A DNA stretch of 64,000 nt from a virus. The DNA lies in IMG/VR virus record IMGVR_UViG_3300028836_000025, positions 3,552 to 67,551 of that record; one strand, written 5' to 3'. Below, piece by piece: positions 55,534-64,000 of this stretch. Position numbers and translations under genes: made by a program. The notes beneath the pieces are model-generated. The model had not been told where the DNA came from, did not search any database, and was given only the letters and a program-made list of their open reading frames with translations. Numbering within the stretch: the first letter of the stretch is position 1; each line of letters starts with the position of its first letter.

Positions 55534-57750
55534 TTATTTTATTATTTGGGACATGAATCCCTTATTGTTATATTTTGCTATACTTAGATTTACAGGTGTA
55601 GCGGTTTTATCTGGGTTTGGTTTATACAGATGTCTATTACAAGCCATGATAGCTAAACCAGAGCTTATAGAAGCGTCGTGTTTAGTTCTCTTATTTATAT
55701 CAAATCTAGCCCAGTCATTTAACAATTCGTTAAAATACACCGACCCGTAATTCCCATCGCCCAAGTGGCCCACATGACCCTGTATATACATCTCTATCGC
55801 CGCGGCGTGAGCCTGCTTAATATCTTCACTAGAGTTTGGGATACCCCCTATTTCTTTCTCGGTCTTAGATAACTTGTTCCAGATCTTATCTGGCCTGTTC
55901 ATGCTAAAACCCCTATACCCTCTTCGGCGTAGGTAGTATAGTAACCTTGGTTTATTATTCTCACACAGTAGAGGCATGCTGTAAAACACTAACGCCATAA
56001 GGACATCTTCGAAAAATATCTCTGCGGTTTGAGGTCTTGCGATGTATTCTAAGAAAAACGTACTTGGAGGTGCGTCTTCCATAGAGAATTTAGTTAATCC
56101 GTGAAGGGCCCCTTTCGATCCTTTGCCATCAACAGTGCCGCTAATATCATAACTATCACAGCCGAACGCCCCAATATGAGTATTGCCTGGGTGCTTAATT
56201 CCATTCTTTGTTATAGTTTTGTTTTGCAGGTGCGCAGGCGGTACCCAACTAATTTTAAATCTTCCGCTTGGGTCTGGGTAAAAAACTACTTTAGAGTCTT
56301 TGATACCGTTCTCCCACTGGAAGCTACCTATAGTTACTGGGGCATTATGTCTGCTACCTTCGTTATAATCAATCTGTTCGTATATCTTCATTAAGTTGAA
56401 GATACTGTTTTTACTCTCATCCCGGAATGCGTGCTCCTCGGTTCTAGGGAACTGCCGATAGAATTCGTTTAAAGCATCATGGTCATCCTTAAGTCCCTCA
56501 GCCTCGTTCTCCCAACTATCTATAACCCCAATGTCTATTAGTTCACCGTCCGGTCCCAGTCGCACATCATCACCTGGATTATTAAAGACTGGAAATCCGT
56601 ACTCGTCAATAAATCCTTCATAGTTCCATTCCATTGGGACAAAGAGAGAATATAACCCAGACTTTGTTTGTCCATTACGGTTTCGCCTTGATACATCCGA
56701 GTCATTAAAAAGTTTTTTAAAATTATTACCTCCTTTATCTAACGCGTTAGAAGTAGAACCCATAAGGCATTTGCCCACGATTCTACTACCTAGTCTTAGA
56801 CAGGTCTTAGTTACCCGCCAATTATTTAATATGTTATCCGGTCTCTCCCACTTACCACTCTCATCGTGGACTAGCAGGCTTAACTTCTCACCGTCGTAGC
56901 TGTTGTCCCCGGTATTCTTCCAATCTATAGTGGTATCGAGACCCACTATCTCTTCGAGCTTTTCGTTACTCTGTATCTTCTTCCGCGTAAACTTACTCGC
57001 TGGAACCCTATAGGCCAACTCCGATTTCGGGCGATCCATACCATCTTGTATGGGTTTAAAGAAGAATGGATAGTTTATAGATATAGGTACCACTTTGTCT
57101 GTGAACATCTTCTTAGCATCTGCACCAGACTTAGAAAGTATACCATATCTACTATCACTCGATATAGTGGCTAAGTTAACTGTTTCAGCAGAACTCATAA
57201 AAGAAAATCCCGAACGGCGATTCTTAAGGTAGCACATACCATAGCATCTCTTATCAGCCTTGCATGCCTCCCAAAATATAAAGAATAGCCGATTAGCCTC
57301 TCTAAAGTCCGGGGCTCCGACATCTATCTTACTCCACTGGAGATACATGTAGTGACTACCGGTTATATACGTGGGTGTTCCTCTATTATTGAACCAAAAA
57401 CCTTCCTCCCTTCGTCTGAACTCTTCATCAATATAATCGTGCCATTTGTCTTTATGCTCGTCTGGATAACTCCTCCAATCGAATATAGTTTTCAAACGAC
57501 TCAACTCCTTTGGCATCTCTATCTTCTCCCACTTTTTCTTCTTCTTATGTTCGAAGACGTTGACGGGTTTAGGTAAAGCTATTTTAAAACCTTGTATGTC
57601 GTATATCTCACCTATAACCCCATTCCTCGACAGCACCACTATATCATGATCTTTATCGTAGCCGTACTTCCACTTCTTACCTTTATTAAGCCTACTTAAA
57701 GTAGTCTTCTTTATAGGCTCTATTATTTTTAATAGCGACTGCTCGTACAT
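55534..57750 (-). CDS. terL: terminase large subunit
   Basis: KNRRSGFS Walker A variant, LLVHDESGK Walker B, MGST, RNase H-like GCDSYD, C-terminal HDASISSG. Confidence 0.9.
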   Translation of the reverse strand: MYEQSLLKIIEPIKKTTLSRLNKGKKWKYGYDKDHDIVVLSRNGVIGEIYDIQGFKIALPKPVNVFEHKKKKKWEKIEMPKELSRLKTIFDWRSYPDEHKDKWHDYIDEEFRRREEGFWFNNRGTPTYITGSHYMYLQWSKIDVGAPDFREANRLFFIFWEACKADKRCYGMCYLKNRRSGFSFMSSAETVNLATISSDSRYGILSKSGADAKKMFTDKVVPISINYPFFFKPIQDGMDRPKSELAYRVPASKFTRKKIQSNEKLEEIVGLDTTIDWKNTGDNSYDGEKLSLLVHDESGKWERPDNILNNWRVTKTCLRLGSRIVGKCLMGSTSNALDKGGNNFKKLFNDSDVSRRNRNGQTKSGLYSLFVPMEWNYEGFIDEYGFPVFNNPGDDVRLGPDGELIDIGVIDSWENEAEGLKDDHDALNEFYRQFPRTEEHAFRDESKNSIFNLMKIYEQIDYNEGSRHNAPVTIGSFQWENGIKDSKVVFYPDPSGRFKISWVPPAHLQNKTITKNGIKHPGNTHIGAFGCDSYDISGTVDGKGSKGALHGLTKFSMEDAPPSTFFLEYIARPQTAEIFFEDVLMALVFYSMPLLCENNKPRLLYYLRRRGYRGFSMNRPDKIWNKLSKTEKEIGGIPNSSEDIKQAHAAAIEMYIQGHVGHLGDGNYGSVYFNELLNDWARFDINKRTKHDASISSGLAIMACNRHLYKPNPDKTATPVNLSIAKYNNKGFMSQIIK

Positions 57751-58025
57751 TACTTAGACCTGCCTTCTGCAAAACCTTTAAAAGCTTTGCTTTTCCCGTC
57801 TTCAGGCACACGGCCTTCTAATAAGTTTTCCTCTTCTTGGATTCTATTTAGTATCTCAAAAGCGTCGAATATAGCAAGTTTCTTTGTAGCCGCTGCGTTC
57901 TTGAGTCTATCAGCGGTGATATCATCGCCTGAATCTACAATAGCCTCTTTAGCTACTTTGATTAACTCTTCAACCGCTTTGTGCCCAGCTTGGATTATAT
58001 TCCTCTTCGTCTCCTTGATATTCAT
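57750..58025 (-). CDS. putative terminase small subunit
   Basis: Helical 91-aa protein (ATG 58025) translationally coupled to terL. Confidence 0.5.
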   Translation of the reverse strand: MNIKETKRNIIQAGHKAVEELIKVAKEAIVDSGDDITADRLKNAAATKKLAIFDAFEILNRIQEEENLLEGRVPEDGKSKAFKGFAEGRSK

Positions 58026-58563
58026 ATTTAATTGTAATAAATTTCGACATAACCCTATACATTCTCCGCCCGTCAACCACAAACTCAAACTCATCACCCG
58101 GGGTAAACCCAACCATATCCCCTTTGGAAACAGTTCCATCAGAGTATTTAACCACCCCCATTAAAGGCCTCTCTTCCTCAAGACTGAGTTTGTCAATGGT
58201 CTTTATAGGCTGCACGAAGCAATAACCCTTAACGCACTCCCAACCGGCGCCGGGGGCTTTAGTTAAAAACACTTGGTTGGGTTGAACAAAATATTCACCT
58301 TCACGTAGATAACTCCTGCTATTCTTTTCGCGGGCTTTTACGTCGTGCCACCGCCTGAAGACATTGTGGTGTAACACAATAAGATCCCCCTTAGATAAGT
58401 TAAGTAGGTTTACCACCGGAACTTCTATAACCTCGGCCTCTCTGTTTATGTACTGGTGATTAAAAATCTCAGTGTTGAGTATGAGACTCTTATTCCCAAT
58501 AGACTTGCTGTTGTTGTATCTCGAACCAGAAGGTTTGACTATAATATCATAAATCCCTCTCAC
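57970..58563 (-). CDS. GroES-like protein (two tandem GroES-like halves)
   Basis: IIVKP...AEVIEVP...KGDLIV and CFVQP...GVVKY...KGDMVGF...F.VDG..MY. Confidence 0.55.
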   Translation of the reverse strand: MRGIYDIIVKPSGSRYNNSKSIGNKSLILNTEIFNHQYINREAEVIEVPVVNLLNLSKGDLIVLHHNVFRRWHDVKAREKNSRSYLREGEYFVQPNQVFLTKAPGAGWECVKGYCFVQPIKTIDKLSLEEERPLMGVVKYSDGTVSKGDMVGFTPGDEFEFVVDGRRMYRVMSKFITIKYEYQGDEEEYNPSWAQSG

Positions 58564-58790
58564 TAGTATTCTAAATTGTATTCGACAGATATAGCCATGT
58601 TCTTGTTAAAATCTTTCCAGGGTATAACTATGTCATCCTTTTTTATGAATATAGAATACTTATCCTTAGATTCTAGTATGTCACAAATAGTATGACCGCC
58701 ATACACACTCTGTCCAACAGCGTAGTGCATGGCGTCATTTTTGTAGTCTTTACCTATAGTTATCTTACGAATTAGGTGATCCGTCATCAC
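58563..58790 (-). CDS. conserved hypothetical phage protein
   Basis: IRKITIGKDYK.DAMHY.VGQ.VYGGH. Confidence 0.7.
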   Translation of the reverse strand: MMTDHLIRKITIGKDYKNDAMHYAVGQSVYGGHTICDILESKDKYSIFIKKDDIVIPWKDFNKNMAISVEYNLEY

Positions 58791-59046
58791 TCACGTAATT
58801 AATAGCGCCCGTCTGAATGTCAATATCGTTAGTCCCATACTCGTCCGTAAGAGCGGTCTGCAGAGCGCTTAACTTATCGGTGCCTTGAAACAGGGCGTGG
58901 AGTGTGTTGTGCTTCCTCGCTTCCATGGCGCCAACGTCAAACTGTAGTTTATTAACTGCCGAAACAACTTGTTGCAGTTCACTTAACTGCTTTTCAGATA
59001 CCTTCTCTGGTTTTAGGTCTACGACCTTCTTCTTAGATTTTCCCAT
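58765..59046 (-). CDS. coiled-coil hypothetical protein
   Basis: 93 aa, L..EYG..DIDIQTG.I ending. Confidence 0.65.
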   Translation of the reverse strand: MGKSKKKVVDLKPEKVSEKQLSELQQVVSAVNKLQFDVGAMEARKHNTLHALFQGTDKLSALQTALTDEYGTNDIDIQTGAINYVSDDGSPNS

Positions 59047-59060
59047 AATTAAATTAAATT

Positions 59061-59453
59061 TTACTTCTTTATTTTTTCAAATGATCTTCCGCCGAAGTAT
59101 GCGCCGATCACGGTTATTAATACGATCTGTAATAGATCGGTCCATTTTTGTTCTACTGTAAAGTTTATGTGCCCAGCGTCAACGAATATTAGAATAACGG
59201 TGGATACAACTAAAAATACCAACATCGCGGGGCGAACATTTTTTGCTAACCAAGAATCGGATCGCATGTCTGCCACCCACCTCTCTGTAATGCTTTTCTC
59301 TAGTTCTACCTCATGGTTTATTATAAGTTCCTTTATCTTCCTTTTAGCTTCCAGTTTTTCCTCTTTAGATGTAATTAAGTTATCTAAAGTGCCACCTATA
59401 CTCTCTACTAATTTAGTAGCTCCACCAGAAAATATTTTCCCTAGAAGATTCAC
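59061..59453 (-). CDS. holin (3TM family)
   Basis: RW.ADM.SDSWL.KNVRP, TM helices, GAYFGGRSFEK; GTG start 59453. Confidence 0.75.
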   Translation of the reverse strand: MNLLGKIFSGGATKLVESIGGTLDNLITSKEEKLEAKRKIKELIINHEVELEKSITERWVADMRSDSWLAKNVRPAMLVFLVVSTVILIFVDAGHINFTVEQKWTDLLQIVLITVIGAYFGGRSFEKIKK

Positions 59454-59821
59454 TTCTCTGCCTTCATAGCGGACTTCTCCCAAGGAAACTCCTCGCTTCC
59501 TTCGTCGCCCCACTTCCCGTTATACTTTATCTTGCCATCTTTTCTAGGGTACGTCTTACCCTCCCATCTCACCCAATCGTCTCCAAACGCAGCTTTACCG
59601 CTGTCCATATCTTTAACGTGCTGTCCTTCGTGGGAGAGAACTTTTTTTTCTAGCGCGCTACCTTCTTCGACTTCCTTAGATACACGCACCTCCCCTGGGT
59701 GGGCTTCACCCAAGGTGCCGTCTTCTAACTCGACGCCTCTCTTAATCTTAAACCCGAACTTATTCGTGATAGTTCCACCTGAGGCTACAGGGTAAGGTTT
59801 ATTCCCGAGTTTAAAACCCAT
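59450..59821 (-). CDS. small HExxH metallopeptidase-like protein
   Basis: LG.A...VLSHEGQH..D...PWEK.A. Confidence 0.65.
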   Translation of the reverse strand: MGFKLGNKPYPVASGGTITNKFGFKIKRGVELEDGTLGEAHPGEVRVSKEVEEGSALEKKVLSHEGQHVKDMDSGKAAFGDDWVRWEGKTYPRKDGKIKYNGKWGDEGSEEFPWEKSAMKAEK

Positions 59822-59826
59822 AGTGT

Positions 59827-59985
59827 TTACTTACGTCTATCTTTAATGATAGCGTTGATAAGCGTGTCAATCCACCCGAAGATCTGGTTATCCGCCTCTG
59901 TTGGAGTTAAATTCACCACCACCTTCGCAAGGGCCATTAGCGCTATAAGTAGCGCTGCCCAGTTTGTTAATAAAAATTCTTGCAT
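59827..59985 (-). CDS. small membrane protein, holin-like (52 aa, not in ORF track)
   Basis: MQEFLLTNWAALLIALMALAKVVVNLTPTEADNQIFGWIDTLINAIIKDRRK. Confidence 0.6.
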   Translation of the reverse strand: MQEFLLTNWAALLIALMALAKVVVNLTPTEADNQIFGWIDTLINAIIKDRRK

Positions 59986-60002
59986 ATTATATTGATTTGT
60001 TA

Positions 60003-60443
60003 TTATCTATCTTTATCTCGTATCATATCATCTATAGCTTTGTTATAGACTTTGTCTGTATACGATTCATTGTTGTAAAAAATACTCCGGTCTGAGGTAG
60101 GTAAATCTTCCTCGCCTAGCAGTACTCGGTATATGCGACTCACAAGTTGAGAGCATTTAAAAGAGGTTTTAAACACAGAGTACTTAATACTCGTTCGGTT
60201 TCTATGTCGCCAGACTTCTATCCACCCGGCTGATCGGAGTCTCTCCCATCTTTTCTTATCCCAAGAGTATGTATAAACCCCATCGATGAAATCGTTTCGG
60301 GTGAACCTACCTTTGTGATCTAGGTATATCATAAGCTCTAAATCCGCGTCTGTTAACCCATACGTCTTACAAGCCCATTTCCTAACTATCCTATAGTATT
60401 TTAGGATGTGCATCTCTTTAAGATCTTGGGCTGTAATCCTCAT
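60003..60443 (-). CDS. putative winged-helix DNA-binding protein
   Basis: YGLTDADLELMIYL...RL..AGWI.V, MarR-like pattern. Confidence 0.6.
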   Translation of the reverse strand: MRITAQDLKEMHILKYYRIVRKWACKTYGLTDADLELMIYLDHKGRFTRNDFIDGVYTYSWDKKRWERLRSAGWIEVWRHRNRTSIKYSVFKTSFKCSQLVSRIYRVLLGEEDLPTSDRSIFYNNESYTDKVYNKAIDDMIRDKDR

Positions 60444-60697
60444 TCCACTAAAACTATATCTCTAGCGCGTATAACGTAGTACATGGTATCTTTCCATGTT
60501 ATCCCGTGTCCAGCGTGTTTATCGTAGAACACCGTGTCCTTCGCTTTAACCCCCTCTACTAGGTTTCCAACCGAGATTATAGTAGCCTTTACATACCTAT
60601 TGTCACTATCTAGAGCTTCAGTGAGAATTAACCCACCAATTTTCTTTGGCCCTATTTTCTCTTTATCTACTATTACGTAATCGTTAATGGCTTTCAT
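60440..60697 (-). CDS. groES: co-chaperonin GroES
   Basis: MKAINDYVIV...GGLIL...IISVG...VK.KD.V.Y...YYVIR.RDIV; next to groEL. Confidence 0.88.
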   Translation of the reverse strand: MKAINDYVIVDKEKIGPKKIGGLILTEALDSDNRYVKATIISVGNLVEGVKAKDTVFYDKHAGHGITWKDTMYYVIRARDIVLVE

Positions 60698-62252
60698 CTG
60701 CTCTAGCGTTTGAGATTACACAATCAGCGGATATGATGGTTGATACTACAGAGCAAGCATTCTTCAATGCAGACTTGGTTACAAGTACTGGGTCCACTAT
60801 CCCAGCCTTAACCATATTAACGCTTTCACCCGTTATAACGTCTATACCCTCTCCTTCTACTTCGCTGTAGTTTGGAAACTCTATGCCCGCGTTATCGAGT
60901 ATAACCTCAAATGGTGCCTGTATAGCTTTAAGCAGTATCTCTTCCCCCACACTTGTGGGTTCGATTTTTTGGGCGGCATCCATTAAAGCAACGCCACCTC
61001 CAGATACCACACCTTCTTTTAAAGCGGCTTTAGTAGCGTATATAGCATCTTCAGCTCTATCTTTCTTTTCTTTAAGCTCGACTTTAGAATCAGCTCCAAC
61101 TCGTACAATCCCTACAGACCCAGATAAAGACGCGAGTCTTTGCTCTAACTTCTTCTTTATAAATCCGTTTTTCTCCGCGGCAATCTTTTTAGTTACTTCC
61201 GCGATTCTTTCGGTTATCTCCTCAGTAATCTCCTCTAAGGTTATTACTGTAGAACTATCATCTGTAACAACACTTTCGGCTTCCCCTAAGTGATCTATAC
61301 TTATAAGATCTAAATCATCCCCCAACTCCTCGTTTATAACAGTGGCCCCAGTGAGGATAGCTAGATCTTCTGTAGCATCCTTCTTCGTGGGGCCAAATCC
61401 TGGTAGGTCTATAATATTTATCTTTATATTCCCTTTTACCTTATTCATAAGTAAAGCACTCTTCACTTGTTGAGATACAGGTGCTATAATTAAAAGGGCT
61501 CTACCTTTCTTTATAACGTGTTCTAATACCGTCTGTATCTTCCGTACGTTAGGGATTTCGCTAGATACGATCAGGATATACGGATCCTCTAGTTCAGAGA
61601 CATGTTTCTCTGTGTTAGTCACCCAATGGGGAGATGTTAGTCCACAATCTATCTGTATACCGTCAACTAGCTCTACGTATGTCTCCTCGGTCTCACTCTC
61701 TTCCATAAGCACCACCCCATCTTTCCCGACCTTTTGATATGCTTCTGATATAACAGCACCAAGAGCTTTATCGTTATTACAAGAAATAGCACTGACACTC
61801 TCAAGCATATCACCGACAACTTCGATAGCAGAGGCTTCGAGGTACGCATTGACCTTTTGTAGTCCCGAATTAATACCTTCTTTAATATCTCGAATTGAAT
61901 TGCCACTATACTGTTCTGAATTTACTGTTTTAAGTAGCGATTCAGCAAGTACAGTCGCGGTAGTAGTTCCGTCTCCTGCTTCTTTTACCGTGTTACTGGC
62001 AGCCTCTTTTATTAAGGTTGCACCTATGTTTTCGACCGGATCATACAAGACTACGCTTTGAGCAACGGTTACACCGTCTTTTGTTATGACCGGCTTTCCA
62101 CGCGCGTCTTCGTATATCACACACTTCCCAGAAGCGCCTAATGTAGATTTCACGGCTTTCGCTAGTTTTTCTACTCCGGTTATGATTTTGCGTTTTGCGT
62201 CATCTCCGAAGTCTAGTGATTTTATTAACTCACTAGGTAAGTTATATTCCAT
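60684..62252 (-). CDS. groEL: chaperonin GroEL
   Basis: TLG..G, ITKDGVTVA, AGDGTTTATVLA, PGFG, EKKDR.EDA..AT.AA..EG.V.GGG, GIVDP. Confidence 0.96.
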   Translation of the reverse strand: MEYNLPSELIKSLDFGDDAKRKIITGVEKLAKAVKSTLGASGKCVIYEDARGKPVITKDGVTVAQSVVLYDPVENIGATLIKEAASNTVKEAGDGTTTATVLAESLLKTVNSEQYSGNSIRDIKEGINSGLQKVNAYLEASAIEVVGDMLESVSAISCNNDKALGAVISEAYQKVGKDGVVLMEESETEETYVELVDGIQIDCGLTSPHWVTNTEKHVSELEDPYILIVSSEIPNVRKIQTVLEHVIKKGRALLIIAPVSQQVKSALLMNKVKGNIKINIIDLPGFGPTKKDATEDLAILTGATVINEELGDDLDLISIDHLGEAESVVTDDSSTVITLEEITEEITERIAEVTKKIAAEKNGFIKKKLEQRLASLSGSVGIVRVGADSKVELKEKKDRAEDAIYATKAALKEGVVSGGGVALMDAAQKIEPTSVGEEILLKAIQAPFEVILDNAGIEFPNYSEVEGEGIDVITGESVNMVKAGIVDPVLVTKSALKNACSVVSTIISADCVISNARADESH

Positions 62253-62302
62253 ATTATATTAAATTAAATTAAAGTGGTTAGTTGGTTTATCTTCTTGGCT
62301 TA

Positions 62303-62599
62303 TTAGTCCTCGCTACCTTTTGCTCTAATGCCGCTCACTGCACGTCTAACCGTCTGTGCTAACCGGGTGCCTTCTGTTTTTCTTGCTGACTTATTATGTT
62401 CACGGCTTTCCTTCTTAGCAGCTTTCACATCGTCGCGTATATCTTCCTTACGGCCACGCTGGTTCTGGTTAAAGGTTTTAACCTCCTCCCTAGTTGCACC
62501 ACCTTCTTTTAAAGTGCGGCGTTCGGCTCGTATATCCTGGCGCATTTCTTTTCTAGACCTATCCCCGTAGAATTTCGAGCCTGTCATTTTAAATGCCAT
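62303..62599 (-). CDS. basic protein with MAFKM N-terminal motif
   Basis: MAFKMTGSKFY; R/K-rich. Confidence 0.65.
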   Translation of the reverse strand: MAFKMTGSKFYGDRSRKEMRQDIRAERRTLKEGGATREEVKTFNQNQRGRKEDIRDDVKAAKKESREHNKSARKTEGTRLAQTVRRAVSGIRAKGSED

Positions 62600-62601
62600 A
62601 G

Positions 62602-62934
62602 TTACTTGTCGTTTTTGTTATCATAAAACTTCATTCCAGACATCTTAAAACCGCTAGTGCCACCACTCGTCATCCCGTACATCACATCTGCTTGATCTTC
62701 AACGCTAGCTCCTCCCATTCTATCTTTAGCTAGTTGGTAGTTAAAATCGGGTCTGTTTTTTTCTGGAACATTCTCTACAACAGCCTCGCTTAAATATCTT
62801 CCAGCAGCCTCTTCCTTAACTGTCATATCTCTAGTCACCCCACCTTCTGTGCGAGTGGATCTGTTCTCGGGATTGTAGTTATCTAGTGTATCTAAAAGAC
62901 CTTTAACCCTGGTTGCTTTCTTTTTATCTGGCAT
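62602..62934 (-). CDS. hypothetical protein with C-terminal GFKM motif
   Basis: SGFKMSGMKFY; similar in part to 63448-63828. Confidence 0.6.
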   Translation of the reverse strand: MPDKKKATRVKGLLDTLDNYNPENRSTRTEGGVTRDMTVKEEAAGRYLSEAVVENVPEKNRPDFNYQLAKDRMGGASVEDQADVMYGMTSGGTSGFKMSGMKFYDNKNDK

Positions 62935-62943
62935 GCTATTCAG

Positions 62944-63108
62944 TTATTTTGTTTCCGTCTGTAGTGAATCAATAATTGCTTGATTTTTATGATATACTTC
63001 GTCGCTGACGAATTCAGTTTTAGTAGTACCAAGTTTAATCTCCTCATTAATCTGCGCTTTAGGGGTGCATGATGCGAAAATCACACCTATTAGTAGTACT
63101 GCTCTCAT
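62944..63108 (-). CDS. small lipoprotein (54 aa, not in ORF track)
   Basis: MRAVLLIGVIFAS|C lipobox-type signal peptide. Confidence 0.6.
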   Translation of the reverse strand: MRAVLLIGVIFASCTPKAQINEEIKLGTTKTEFVSDEVYHKNQAIIDSLQTETK

Positions 63109-63109
63109 A

Positions 63110-63400
63110 TTAGAATGTTTTTACAACTTTCGGGCCACTTACGGCCTCTAGCTTCTTCGAGAAGTAGTCGATGCTTCCATCAATCGCGGATTCTGCACCC
63201 TCCATAGTTTCTCTACGGGTTACAGAGTGCCAATTCTCTTCATCTTTAGGGTTGGATACTTCCGTTTGGTAGAATCCGTTAGGTAATTGGGTAATTCGCC
63301 ACTTACTCTTGTCCGCCATGTGCGTCCATTCTGTAATCTCCTGTTGTCCAGGTTTAGCGGTGTGCGTCGTAGACGTACTATTGTAGTATAAATAAGTCAT
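63110..63400 (-). CDS. conserved hypothetical phage protein
   Basis: WRITQLPNGFYQTE...VTRRET.EGAE.AIDGS. Confidence 0.7.
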   Translation of the reverse strand: MTYLYYNSTSTTHTAKPGQQEITEWTHMADKSKWRITQLPNGFYQTEVSNPKDEENWHSVTRRETMEGAESAIDGSIDYFSKKLEAVSGPKVVKTF

Positions 63401-63447
63401 GTTTTTGGTTTTATGATATATATTGTGGTATAGGGAGTTTCCCTATG

Positions 63448-63828
63448 TTATTTGCTCGCTCGGTGTCTTTTATTCCACTTTGCTTTCTGCCTCTGGCTCA
63501 TTTTGTTCCAGTTTTTAGGGTGTGCTGCTATTTCAGCGCTACGCGCTGCCGCGTTAGCGTCTTTTGTAGTTGCGCTTTCAGCTGCTTTATTCTTAACGTT
63601 TTGAGAAGTAGTTTTATTTAGAGTATGTTTTGCGACAACTTCCTCTTTACTCATATCTCTATCTTGGCCAACATTAGTTTGACCCGCGTCAAATAGTTCG
63701 TCCCTCATTTTCTGATCTGCACCTGCGTCATAGTTGCTCAGAGCGCCTAGTAGATTTGTGGTAGCGCCTTTACGGGCTTCGGTAGTACGGTCTTCCTTTA
63801 GTGGAAACCCTTTCATTTTAAATGCCAT
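63448..63828 (-). CDS. basic protein with MAFKM N-terminal motif
   Basis: MAFKMKGFPLK; first gene of the minus-strand arm. Confidence 0.65.
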   Translation of the reverse strand: MAFKMKGFPLKEDRTTEARKGATTNLLGALSNYDAGADQKMRDELFDAGQTNVGQDRDMSKEEVVAKHTLNKTTSQNVKNKAAESATTKDANAAARSAEIAAHPKNWNKMSQRQKAKWNKRHRASK

Positions 63829-64000
63829 ATCTTTTATCCTTTATCTAAGTTTAATGCGTGTTATAGTTTATGCTATAATAATCACATGCTTACTACGCTT
63901 TTTACAAAACATGCCACTAGCCTGTTACTCTTAACCTTTATACCTTATGTCACCCTAGATAGTAGGGTACCCCCCGCGAAAAGTACATTGCAAATATATA

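Noticed and set aside
5237-57750. Introns or inteins in polA, primase-helicase, nrdJ or terL
   Set aside because: ORFs are continuous and of normal length, with no intein or homing endonuclease motifs noticed.
19708-62275. (AATTT)n/(AAATT)n runs upstream of several genes as a special repeat family
   Set aside because: Consistent with ordinary AT-rich, SD-less Bacteroidota translation initiation regions.
1-64000. Stop-codon reassignment, prophage status, and the many short antisense ORFs in the track
   Set aside because: Genes are intact and densely packed in code 11; no integrase or host flank is seen; antisense ORFs are shadows of long genes on the other strand.

Overview
This looks like a near-complete lytic dsDNA phage genome with a podovirus/crAss-like gene order, infecting a Bacteroidota host (most likely marine Flavobacteriia). 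Host evidence: a T9SS C-terminal sorting domain, signal peptides cleaved before Gln, and AT-rich leaders without Shine-Dalgarno sites. It has two convergent arms meeting at a bidirectional terminator near 18.7 kb. The + arm (1-18.7 kb) holds small early genes, a structured RNA locus ending in a 147-nt tmRNA-like element, ATP-dependent ligase, PolA, HAD phosphatase, sigma factor, ERF/exonuclease/SSB, primase-helicase, a dCMP-hydroxymethylase-like thymidylate synthase homolog, MazG-type hydrolases, endonuclease I and class II RNR. The - arm (18.7-64 kb) holds GroEL/GroES, holin, terminase, portal, scaffold, major capsid, tail proteins, a 3252-aa modular virion protein, M15 endolysin, a secreted dockerin-like plus T9SS-cargo gene pair, and tail fibres. 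I saw no integrase, CRISPR array or canonical tRNA. The best leads are the mini-tmRNA/ncRNA locus, the phage-encoded T9SS cargo cassette, a probable cytosine-modification pathway, and the cassette-built giant protein. All calls come from reading motifs by eye; no searches were run.
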